From positions 236,617 through 268,616 of the forward strand of contig NZ_JANDBC010000001.1 of assembly GCF_024320785.1 (NCBI RefSeq): a stretch of DNA of 32,000 bases, in the 5' to 3' direction. The stretch is from Gracilimonas sediminicola (GTDB lineage: Bacteria; Bacteroidota; Rhodothermia; Balneolales; Balneolaceae). The notes beneath the pieces are model-generated. The model had not been told where the DNA came from. It did no database searches and saw nothing but the letters and a program-made list of their open reading frames with translations. Made by a program: the position numbers and the translations under genes. This document shows, one piece after another, positions 9,491 through 17,573 of this stretch (the stretch's first letter is position 1; every line of letters begins with the position of its first letter).

Positions 9491-10198
9491 TTAGAAGTTG
9501 AATCGAAGATTGGCTGTTATCCCGGGCTCGCCAAAAGTATTCACATAGCTGAAGCTGGCTTCCGGGGTGTTATCGACAAGATCTCTGGCATGGATGAAGG
9601 CACTGATTCCACTTACCAAGCGATTAGCCACCATCAGGGCAACCAGGGTTGGCAGCTGACTGCGGTTACGTTCTACCCGTTCCCTTGCATCCTGATACTG
9701 AAAGCGATGTTGAGTGCTTTCCCAGTTCCATTGGTATTCGGATGACTCAGGAAAAACCTGATCCCAGTTTCGGGTCCGGAGTTGGGCATCGTTATAGGCA
9801 GCAAGGTTATCATAATTTCCCACCGCAATGATAAAATCTCTCGACTTGCCCGATAAATCGGTGTTGGCCCGTGCTTCAGCAAAGGTGAAATAATCTTGTT
9901 CCAGGTAATTGGCTCGGGCATCTAAACCAAAATATGAGAGCACCAGCACCACTTCTCCCGCCAGATGATATTTACCCCGGTTCCAGTTATCGTTTTCGGC
10001 ATAGTAATGTCCCCATCCCGGAACTACCAAAGACCGAAAGAATGCCCCTTTAGGCGATGGAAGATCATCTTTTTGCTGAACCTGCGCTTGAACTTCAACC
10101 GAAAATACTACCGAAAAAATCAGCAGGAACACCCAACACCCAACAACGAACGCTGAAGTATTTTTTTGCCTGAAATACTTACTAATACATGCTCTCAT
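9491..10198 (-). CDS. DUF5683-like secreted/membrane protein
   Basis: 235 aa with an N-terminal hydrophobic segment and PKGAFFRSLVVPGWGHYYAENDNWNRGKYHLAGEVVLVLSY, which resembles DUF5683. Confidence 0.65.
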   Translation of the reverse strand: MRACISKYFRQKNTSAFVVGCWVFLLIFSVVFSVEVQAQVQQKDDLPSPKGAFFRSLVVPGWGHYYAENDNWNRGKYHLAGEVVLVLSYFGLDARANYLEQDYFTFAEARANTDLSGKSRDFIIAVGNYDNLAAYNDAQLRTRNWDQVFPESSEYQWNWESTQHRFQYQDARERVERNRSQLPTLVALMVANRLVSGISAFIHARDLVDNTPEASFSYVNTFGEPGITANLRFNF

Positions 10199-10204
10199 AC
10201 TCTG

Positions 10205-10242
10205 GTTTTAAACGTTCGGTGTTCCTTGTTCGATGTTCTTTA
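10205..10242 (-). repeat. heptad-periodic repeat copy 1 (after ccmF)
   Basis: Minus strand from the ccmF stop: TAA A|GAACATC|GAACAAG|GAACACC|GAACGTT|T. Confidence 0.75.
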
Positions 10243-12738
10243 CTCAGCGTTCTTCTTCCGTTCTCTGCCCCAATGTCGGAAAATAGAAATGCTAAATCCA
10301 GCCATAAGAATAAAGGTGCCGGCCCAAACTACCGATATAAAGGGTTTCTCATCGGCTACAATTAGTACCCATTCCGGCTCATATTCTTCTTCGAGGCCGG
10401 TTATGGTTAACTCAATGTTGTTTTCCTGGGGATTGATTTCCGTGAATTGAAACTCCAGGTCAAAATCAGGAATTCGTGCCGGTGGAGAGTAAATGTAGCT
10501 TTGTCCATCCTGACTATAAACGGCAAATAATGGTTCAAGAGTTATAACCCTGCTGCTTGCCGGATGTATCAACTCGACTTGGGCCCGTACGCCAATGGAG
10601 GTATTTGGAGGTAATTCTGAAGTATCGGTTCGGGCGTAATCCACAAACCTGATTTTGAATTTACCCACATCAACGGTTTGCCCCGGGTTGAATTTAATTT
10701 TCTGCACTTCAGGAGAATCATCGGCGGTGGTATCCTGAGCGGCTACATTCTGCATCATGCTTCGGTTTTCAGCAGCACGGTCGTTTTGCTCCTGTACATA
10801 CGAACTACCACCCACATATAGATAGATATCACTTAACAATCCTGTTCTCACATCGGGATCTACCGACCACTGTATGTTTTCGGCGGTGGAAGTGGTAAGC
10901 ATCGGATAGACTTCCGGGTTCATATAAAAAGGCTTGCCGCCGTCAACCGGTTCAAACTTGATTCGGTAGGTTTGCTGACCGCGACGCACCGAATTATCCA
11001 GCTCATACCCTTCGTAAGTCAGCATATATCGGTTATCAACGAGCACGGGCTCATTCAGGTTCAGCAGCAACATTTCCTCTTTTTGAGTTACTTTGAAGCC
11101 CTGCTCGTCCGTTACCTCTCCCTGTTCAACTGCAGCATTGTAATTGGCTGTTTTTTGATCCACGAGATAGGAGTTGTACGCTGACGATGCCAAAATTCCC
11201 ACCAACAATAATCCAAAGCCCACGTGAGTAAGAGATCCACCAACAAGTTTAGGATTTTGAAAAGCAAGGCGAACCATCACCCAGGCATTCCCTACCACAG
11301 CGAAATATCCGCAGAACAGGTACACCATGTAATAGATATTCCGTACATCTCCAAGAATGATGGAGAGAATGGTCACTGCACTGGTTACCAACAATGGATT
11401 AATTAAAGCTGAAGCCAGTGATTCTGCGTCATATTTCTTCCAAAACAGATACTGCCCCAACACGGTGAAAATCGCCATAACCATGGCAATGGGCATACTC
11501 CAGTCATTATAAAAACTGATTTCCGGTGGGGTTGGATTCTCAACAAACAGCTTTCCAATGATCGGGGAGCTGGTTCCAAGAATAATTACCAAACCAAGGA
11601 TAAGTAATAGCATAGCCCCGGTAACCGTCATAAACTCCCGGCTGAGGAATTTAGATTCTTTTTCGGGGGAAGGAAGTTCTTTATATCTCCAGAAAAATAG
11701 CCCCAGTCCCAATAGTGTTACAACAAGCATAAATGCCAGGAGCTGATTATACAATCCAAGATCCACAAAGCTGTGTACGGATGAGCTTCCCAGAATTCCG
11801 GATCGGGTCAGGAAGGTTTCATAGACAACCGCCACGTAAGCCAGAATAGCAAAAAGAATGGATGACTTCTGAGCTATGGAACTTTTTCGCTGAATAATCA
11901 TGGTGTGAATGCCCGCCGTCCCGATTAACCAGGGGACCAGGGATGCGTTCTCTACAGGATCCCAGGCCCAGTATCCACCAAAGGAAAGCGTGACGTATGC
12001 CCAATAGCCTCCGAGAAAAATGGCCGTCAGTAAAGCTACATTTGCGCTGAGGGTCCAGGGTAAAGCAGGGCCAATCCACTCATTATACTTTTGTTTCCAC
12101 AGTGCGGCCATGGCAAAGCAGTACGGGATGGTCATCATTGAAAAACCCACAAATAAAATGGGCGGGTGAATCATCATCCAGGGGCTTTTGAGTAAATCAT
12201 TTAATCCGCTTCCATCTTGTGGGATGAAATCGGGGTTGGCCTGAAGGAATGGCGCATTCGGCATTTCTTCAGCGATGGTTCGGAATGGAGATGCCCCCAG
12301 TTTCAACCCAAAGATATCCCAGCCTAACAACATAGACAGTAAGAATACCTGGGTGAGTGTAAGGAAGAATAACACCGGAGCTTTGTAAGGGGCTCGCGTC
12401 CATTTCATCAACCCAAAACCAAAGAAGGCGGAAATCAGAATCCAAAGCATAAAGCTGCCTTCCTGTCCGCCATAAAAAGCCGACCAGAGATAGCGTGGAG
12501 CTAAATCAAGGCTGGTGTAGTTGAACACATAATAGTACTGAAACTGATGCTGGAAGATCAGGTACACCAAAATACCGGAAGCAACGACGAGAAAAGCTGC
12601 TTTTACAGCAAACAGCCAGTTTCCGATGCGCAGAGTTCGGTTCTCATCCCGGTTCGCCGAAATGAAATAAAAGATCATAGCCGCCAGAGAAGTAACGAAA
12701 GAGGCGGAGATCAGGATTTTACCAACGGTTCCTAACAT
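10240..12738 (-). CDS. ccmF: cytochrome c maturation protein CcmF (heme lyase, large form)
   Basis: 832 aa polytopic protein with the WWD-type motif GGYWAYVTLSFGGYWAWDPVENASLVPWLIGTAGIHT, HPPILFVG, and ETFLTRSGILGSSSVHSF, plus a large extracytoplasmic C-terminal domain before the last TM helix. Confidence 0.93.
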   Translation of the reverse strand: MLGTVGKILISASFVTSLAAMIFYFISANRDENRTLRIGNWLFAVKAAFLVVASGILVYLIFQHQFQYYYVFNYTSLDLAPRYLWSAFYGGQEGSFMLWILISAFFGFGLMKWTRAPYKAPVLFFLTLTQVFLLSMLLGWDIFGLKLGASPFRTIAEEMPNAPFLQANPDFIPQDGSGLNDLLKSPWMMIHPPILFVGFSMMTIPYCFAMAALWKQKYNEWIGPALPWTLSANVALLTAIFLGGYWAYVTLSFGGYWAWDPVENASLVPWLIGTAGIHTMIIQRKSSIAQKSSILFAILAYVAVVYETFLTRSGILGSSSVHSFVDLGLYNQLLAFMLVVTLLGLGLFFWRYKELPSPEKESKFLSREFMTVTGAMLLLILGLVIILGTSSPIIGKLFVENPTPPEISFYNDWSMPIAMVMAIFTVLGQYLFWKKYDAESLASALINPLLVTSAVTILSIILGDVRNIYYMVYLFCGYFAVVGNAWVMVRLAFQNPKLVGGSLTHVGFGLLLVGILASSAYNSYLVDQKTANYNAAVEQGEVTDEQGFKVTQKEEMLLLNLNEPVLVDNRYMLTYEGYELDNSVRRGQQTYRIKFEPVDGGKPFYMNPEVYPMLTTSTAENIQWSVDPDVRTGLLSDIYLYVGGSSYVQEQNDRAAENRSMMQNVAAQDTTADDSPEVQKIKFNPGQTVDVGKFKIRFVDYARTDTSELPPNTSIGVRAQVELIHPASSRVITLEPLFAVYSQDGQSYIYSPPARIPDFDLEFQFTEINPQENNIELTITGLEEEYEPEWVLIVADEKPFISVVWAGTFILMAGFSISIFRHWGRERKKNAE

Positions 12739-12747
12739 AGATTTGCG

Positions 12748-13143
12748 TTATCCCTGAGAAGCTTCGCTGAATTGACTTGGGTCGGCATCGTTGTATTTAG
12801 AAGGGCACTTCATCAGCATTTCGTTTGCGTAGAAAGTATCGCCTCTCATTTCACCGATGACCACCAGCTGGTCAGCCTGTTCAAAATTATTGGGCTTGGG
12901 CTTGGAGTACACCACTTTTTTAGAAACGCCGTCTTCGTCCTTCATGTAGAAAACAAATTTTTTGGTTTCCAGAGAAAATTCAGCTCCCTTTTCTTCATCC
13001 CATGTACCGGGGATGTGGGCACTGCTCATTTCAGATGCGCCTTCAAAGGTTGTGTAGGTACTAATGCTTTCACCAAAGTTGTACATCAACAGAGAGGTAA
13101 ACCCAACAATGGCTACAATTCCTATAATTAGTTTTGGTTTCAT
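12748..13143 (-). CDS. ccmE: cytochrome c maturation protein CcmE (CxxxY-type)
   Basis: 131 aa; N-terminal TM anchor, OB-fold-like LVVIGEMRGDTFYANEMLMKCPSKYND, located between ccmD and ccmF. Confidence 0.88.
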   Translation of the reverse strand: MKPKLIIGIVAIVGFTSLLMYNFGESISTYTTFEGASEMSSAHIPGTWDEEKGAEFSLETKKFVFYMKDEDGVSKKVVYSKPKPNNFEQADQLVVIGEMRGDTFYANEMLMKCPSKYNDADPSQFSEASQG

Positions 13144-13385
13144 GCGTCGTTTGATGATTGAATTTGTTCTTCCAGTTTGCTCACTTTTTTATCTACCCGG
13201 AATAGAAAAAACAGGAGTACCAGCCATATGATCAGGCTCACTCCCAACACTACATATATTAATTCGTTTGAAGACATAAGTTGAATAAATGCGCCGGCCT
13301 CTTCTGCCCCGGGTGCTCCGCTCCAGTTATCAGAGTAAGCTTGAGTCAGGGTGTCAACGGCAGCGAGTGAATCTTCTTGCATCAA
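13140..13385 (-). CDS. ccmD: CcmD-like small membrane protein
   Basis: 81 aa with a single TM helix (LIYVVLGVSLIIWLVLLFFLFRVDKKVSKLEEQI), located between ccmC and ccmE and overlapping ccmE by 4 bp. Confidence 0.7.
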   Translation of the reverse strand: MMQEDSLAAVDTLTQAYSDNWSGAPGAEEAGAFIQLMSSNELIYVVLGVSLIIWLVLLFFLFRVDKKVSKLEEQIQSSNDA

Positions 13386-13412
13386 TTTTTGAATTTATTT
13401 TAGACTGTAAAC

Positions 13413-14069
13413 TTATGAATTCTCGATCTCGAATTGAACCTTTTTATACCTGTGAACCACATCGTAGATCCAGTATCCAAGAGCTATAAATCCGATAAAT
13501 GCCGGGTATAAAATATAGCGAAGTTCATCGGCTGTTATCTCACTGAAAGCAGGATTTCCATCTGCTCCCGGGTGCAGGCTTGTTAATTGTCGCGGAACCA
13601 CATACAACAAAAAAGGAATGGTGGTAACTGCAAAAATATTGTAAACGGCGGCTAATTTTGCGCGTTTCTGTTCGTCATCAAAAGCCGACCGGAGCATGAA
13701 ATAAGCCACATAAATCATCAATGCCAGTGCAGCCAGGTTCATCTTTGGTTCGGCGAACGTCCACCACGATCCCCAGGTAAAACGAGCCCAGAGCGAACCG
13801 GTCAACAATCCGCATACGCCAAAAGCCACACCCACCGTCGCCGCCGATGAGGCTTTCATATCAAACTCGATTTCCGGCTCATTTAAATATTTAATGCTGT
13901 ACCAAAAACTGATCAAAAAGAGAACGAACATCGTCATCCACATGGGTACGTGAAAAAAGATGTTGCGTGCCGTCTGTTCGAGAATGGGGATATCAGGAAT
14001 TTCTATCAAAAAACCGCCTGCGATAACGAGGGTCATCCAGCCGGCTACTACGTATTTCCAGGGTTTCAA
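13413..14069 (-). CDS. ccmC: heme exporter/cytochrome c maturation protein CcmC (CcsA-like)
   Basis: 218 aa polytopic protein; HVPMWMT, LTGSLWARFTWGSWWTFAEPK (WWD-like segment), NPAFSE, and a conserved position in the ccm cluster. Confidence 0.9.
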   Translation of the reverse strand: MKPWKYVVAGWMTLVIAGGFLIEIPDIPILEQTARNIFFHVPMWMTMFVLFLISFWYSIKYLNEPEIEFDMKASSAATVGVAFGVCGLLTGSLWARFTWGSWWTFAEPKMNLAALALMIYVAYFMLRSAFDDEQKRAKLAAVYNIFAVTTIPFLLYVVPRQLTSLHPGADGNPAFSEITADELRYILYPAFIGFIALGYWIYDVVHRYKKVQFEIENS

Positions 14070-14164
14070 TAGTATGCGAATTTTATTAACTATGGCTACG
14101 TTGTCTGAGTAAAATATACGAATTTACCCATCATTTTTTGAGTATATAATCTGTAAAACCTGTT

Positions 14165-14671
14165 ATGAGTAACAACCAAAAATCCATCACCCTCACTCCC
14201 TCCTGGAAAGCTTTTTTCTGGCAGTATTTTTTTGGGGTGATTCTGATCCCGGCCTTAGTGGGAATTTACCTGATCTGGAAAACCCGGAAAGCACAGAATG
14301 GAATTTCCTATACCATCACTGACCGGAAGATCACCGTGGTTGATGGTCATATATCCCAGAATATTGACCTGGCCGATATCCGCAAGGTAGTAGCCGGTGA
14401 GAAGCGCTTTGGGGTGGGCTCGGTTATCCTCAAAACCAGCGGCCGTGAAGTTGAGCTTATCGGACTTAAAAACCCGGAAGCCATCAGCCAATCTATAGAA
14501 AAAGCCGTTGAAGCCGAGCTTAAACGACTTGCAGCCGAGAAAGAAGCCAAACCCCGGGAACCGGAATACGAACCCGGCTCTATGGATCGCCTGGAATATC
14601 TCACCGGACTTTGGCAGCAGGGACTTATGACTGACGAAGATTTCAAAGCTGAAAAGGAAAAGCTGCAGTAG
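14165..14671 (+). CDS. PH-domain-containing membrane protein with C-terminal SHOCT-like segment
   Basis: 168 aa; TM segment WQYFFGVILIPALVGIYLIW, a bacterial PH-like domain (YTITDRKITVVDGHISQNIDLADIRKV), and a C-terminus LEYLTGLWQQGLMTDEDFKAEKEKL resembling SHOCT. Confidence 0.7.
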   Translation: MSNNQKSITLTPSWKAFFWQYFFGVILIPALVGIYLIWKTRKAQNGISYTITDRKITVVDGHISQNIDLADIRKVVAGEKRFGVGSVILKTSGREVELIGLKNPEAISQSIEKAVEAELKRLAAEKEAKPREPEYEPGSMDRLEYLTGLWQQGLMTDEDFKAEKEKLQ

Positions 14672-14807
14672 TTAGGCCTCCGTTTCCACTTTAGGTATTC
14701 TCCCTTTTCTTATCTAAAGAAAATTATACCTGCCCCTCAATTATGACAGTGTTTTACAAAATTAAGTCGTTTATTGGACGCCTAATCAAAACATTCAGGT
14801 TACTTTT

Positions 14808-17159
14808 ATGCATACTACTTTACTGAAATCAGCTTTATTAGCAGTTTTTATAACTGCTTTCTTTTCTACAGCACCCCTTGCCCAAGAAGCCAACTTTGAA
14901 GCCGCTGAACGTTTCACCGGTGATAAAATGGAAAAACTTATCGGGAATACTTCGGTATGGCCCCGCTGGATTGAGGACACCAACAATTTCTGGTACACCT
15001 ACGAAAACGATGAAGGCAAAAACTGGTATTTCGTGAATGCCGAGCGTCCTTCCCAGCGATTGCTTTTTGACCAGGAGGAAATGGCTTCACAGTTGGCTGA
15101 AACTTTTGAGCGTCCGTTTAATGCCAAAGACCTGGACCTGAAAGACTTTGAGTACAACACCGACAAAGAGCGCTTCACTTTTCATGTTGACAGTATTCAG
15201 TTCACCTATAATCTGAATGGAAATAATTTAATTAAAGGCGATTCCCTTGAAAAAGAAGAACGGGAACCGTGGGCTACCTACTCCCCCGACAGCACCTGGA
15301 TTGCCTTTGCCAAAAACCACAATCTTTACCTGATTCGCTCGGATGATGAGGACAGCACCGAAATCCAGCTTACCGATGACGGTGAGCGCTGGTTCAGCTA
15401 TCAGGCCGATGAAGGCGATACCACCAGCAACAAGCGCCTGCGAACCAATGCCAACTTTTTTGATGATGAAAGCAAACTATACATCACACGTACCGATGAC
15501 CGTAAAGTAAATGAGCTTTGGGTGATAAACAGTCTGGGAAAACGACCTGAACTGGAAACCTATAAGTACTCCATGCCCGGCGAAGAAGAAATAGGCATTT
15601 CACAGGTCGAAGTATTTGATATAGCAAGCCGCGAGCGTGTGATCATGGATACGGATAAGTGGGAAGATCAGGAGTTGCGAGCCAACTACGGGGATCATCA
15701 GACCGGTGATTACAAATCCACCCCCTCCGACAAATTATATATCTACCGTGAGAACCGAACTTCTGATAAAGTGGACATCCTGATCGGCGATACCGAAACC
15801 GGGGAAACCGAAGTTCTGCTTAGTGAAACCAGCAAGCCTTATTTCAACTGGAGTTTCCAGGAATTGGCCATTATCAATGATGGTGAAGAATACATTTGGT
15901 GGAGCGAGCGAACCGGCTGGGGACAACTTTATCGGTACGACTCTGAAGGTAACCTGAAGAACCGGATTACATCCGGCAATTTTGTGGTGGGCGATATTGT
16001 GAAAATCGACACTGCGGCCAACACCATTTACTTTGAAGGGTATGGCCGTGATGGTGATCACCCCTACTACGAACACCTGTACAGTGTTCGTTTTGATGGT
16101 TCGAATTTCAAACACCTCACCCCTGAAAATGCTGATCACAGCATTTCTGAGTCCGATAAAGACAACTATTTCGTAGATAACTATTCCCGCGTGAACATGC
16201 CTACCAAAACGGTTCTTCGTGATCGTAACGGGAAAGTGATACTGACCCTTCAGGAAGTGGATATGAGTAAAGCTGAAGCCATTGGCTGGAAAGCTCCGGA
16301 AGAATTCAGGATTAAAGCAGCGGATGGAGCCACCGACCTCTACGGCGTGATGTGGAAACCCTTCGACTTCGACTCTACCCGGTCTTACCCCATTATCTCG
16401 TATGTATATCCCGGTCCACAGACCGAACCCTTCCCAACCAGCTTTTCGCTTCAAGGTTATACCGGCCGTAATCAGGCGCTGGCTCAGCTTGGCTTTGTGG
16501 TAGTGGCGTTTGGAAATCGTGGTGGCAGTCCGGTTCGCTCCCGCTATTATCACACCTACGGATATGGTGATTTAAGAGATTACCCGCTGGCTGATAATAA
16601 ATACGGTATCGAACAACTGGCTTCGCGCCATTCTTTTATTGACCAAAGCCGTGTTGGAATTTACGGTCACTCCGGTGGTGGCTTTATGAGTACGGCTGCA
16701 CTGCTTACCTATCCTGACTTTTATGACGTGGCAGTTTCTTCTGCCGGTAATCACGACAATAACGTGTATAACCACTGGTGGAGCGAAACTCATAACGGAG
16801 TGAAAGAAACCCGAAAAACTGTTAAAGAGATGAACGAAGACAGCGTGGAAGTGGAGAAAGAAGAAATCACTTTTGACGGCCCGATTGAATCGAATGCAGA
16901 TTTGGCGGGTAACCTGAAAGGACACCTGTTGTTAGTTCATGGTAACATTGATAACAACGTTCATCCGGCGAATACCCTTCGCCTGGCTGATGCCCTCATC
17001 AAAGCCGGCAAGCGGTTTGATATGATGATACTGCCCGGCCGCCGTCATGGCTTCGGACCTTATCAACCGTACTTTGAGCGGCAGAAGTGGTATTACTTCT
17101 CTCAGCATCTTTTGGGTGATTACCGAAGTAATGTGGATATGAATCTGCCGGAAGATTGA
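14808..17159 (+). CDS. S9 family peptidase (DPP IV-like), secreted, paralog 1
   Basis: 783 aa; signal peptide, beta-propeller N-domain, catalytic GHSGGG nucleophile elbow, D in VHGNIDNNVHP, and H in PGRRHGFG. Confidence 0.93.
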   Translation: MHTTLLKSALLAVFITAFFSTAPLAQEANFEAAERFTGDKMEKLIGNTSVWPRWIEDTNNFWYTYENDEGKNWYFVNAERPSQRLLFDQEEMASQLAETFERPFNAKDLDLKDFEYNTDKERFTFHVDSIQFTYNLNGNNLIKGDSLEKEEREPWATYSPDSTWIAFAKNHNLYLIRSDDEDSTEIQLTDDGERWFSYQADEGDTTSNKRLRTNANFFDDESKLYITRTDDRKVNELWVINSLGKRPELETYKYSMPGEEEIGISQVEVFDIASRERVIMDTDKWEDQELRANYGDHQTGDYKSTPSDKLYIYRENRTSDKVDILIGDTETGETEVLLSETSKPYFNWSFQELAIINDGEEYIWWSERTGWGQLYRYDSEGNLKNRITSGNFVVGDIVKIDTAANTIYFEGYGRDGDHPYYEHLYSVRFDGSNFKHLTPENADHSISESDKDNYFVDNYSRVNMPTKTVLRDRNGKVILTLQEVDMSKAEAIGWKAPEEFRIKAADGATDLYGVMWKPFDFDSTRSYPIISYVYPGPQTEPFPTSFSLQGYTGRNQALAQLGFVVVAFGNRGGSPVRSRYYHTYGYGDLRDYPLADNKYGIEQLASRHSFIDQSRVGIYGHSGGGFMSTAALLTYPDFYDVAVSSAGNHDNNVYNHWWSETHNGVKETRKTVKEMNEDSVEVEKEEITFDGPIESNADLAGNLKGHLLLVHGNIDNNVHPANTLRLADALIKAGKRFDMMILPGRRHGFGPYQPYFERQKWYYFSQHLLGDYRSNVDMNLPED

Positions 17160-17206
17160 TTGAACATCCAACAAGGAATATCCAAGGCTGAACGTTGAAT
17201 TTAACT
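17160..17206 (+). repeat. heptad-periodic repeat copy 2 (after S9 peptidase 1)
   Basis: TGA stop, then TT|GAACATC|CAACAAG|GAATATC|CAAGGCT|GAACGTT|GAATTTA. Confidence 0.75.
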
Positions 17207-17320
17207 TGGAGCGTCTGTAAGTCCTCCAGGCGTTGCCCGGTTCTTAGTTTTTCAAACACCGAACGCTCCAAGGATCTGCGAACGCATGGAGGTTCTCTGG
17301 GCTTTTTCTTAGGGCTGAAC

Positions 17321-17406
17321 GTCATCGCGGAAATACTTTATCCGCGATCTGCCTGTTTAGGCCTGATGAGTGTATTAGGGAGATCTCTGGTCAGGCCAGA
17401 GATGAC
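17321..17406. repeat. short palindromic element with GTCATC...GATGAC ends and two internal perfect 8-bp hairpins
   Basis: gtcatc (17321) ... gatgac (17406). ATCGCGGA/TCCGCGAT (17324-17331/17341-17348) and ATCTCTGG/CCAGAGAT (17383-17390/17396-17403). Confidence 0.65.
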
Positions 17407-17437
17407 ATATCTTTTAATAACTTCAATTTATTAATAG

Positions 17438-17470
17438 AAGCCGGTTTCCAGAGGAGGCCGGCTTTTTTTG
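17438..17470 (+). terminator. Rho-independent-like terminator
   Basis: aagccgg (17438-17444) and ccggctt (17458-17464) flank a 13-nt loop and run into a T tract. Confidence 0.65.
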
Positions 17471-17573
17471 TGCAATTCTTTTTTAAAAAATTCCCTGAAC
17501 TATTATGAATTTTTTACAAAAATATCTCTTTAATTAAGCGTGCAAATATCCACGGTAATTTTATTCAATTTCT

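Noticed and set aside
16999-17434. ORFs 16999..17325 (-) and 17195..17434 (+) around the peptidase intergenic gap
   Set aside because: Both overlap structured/repeat sequence, with no family or plausible protein composition; the region is better explained as non-coding repeats.
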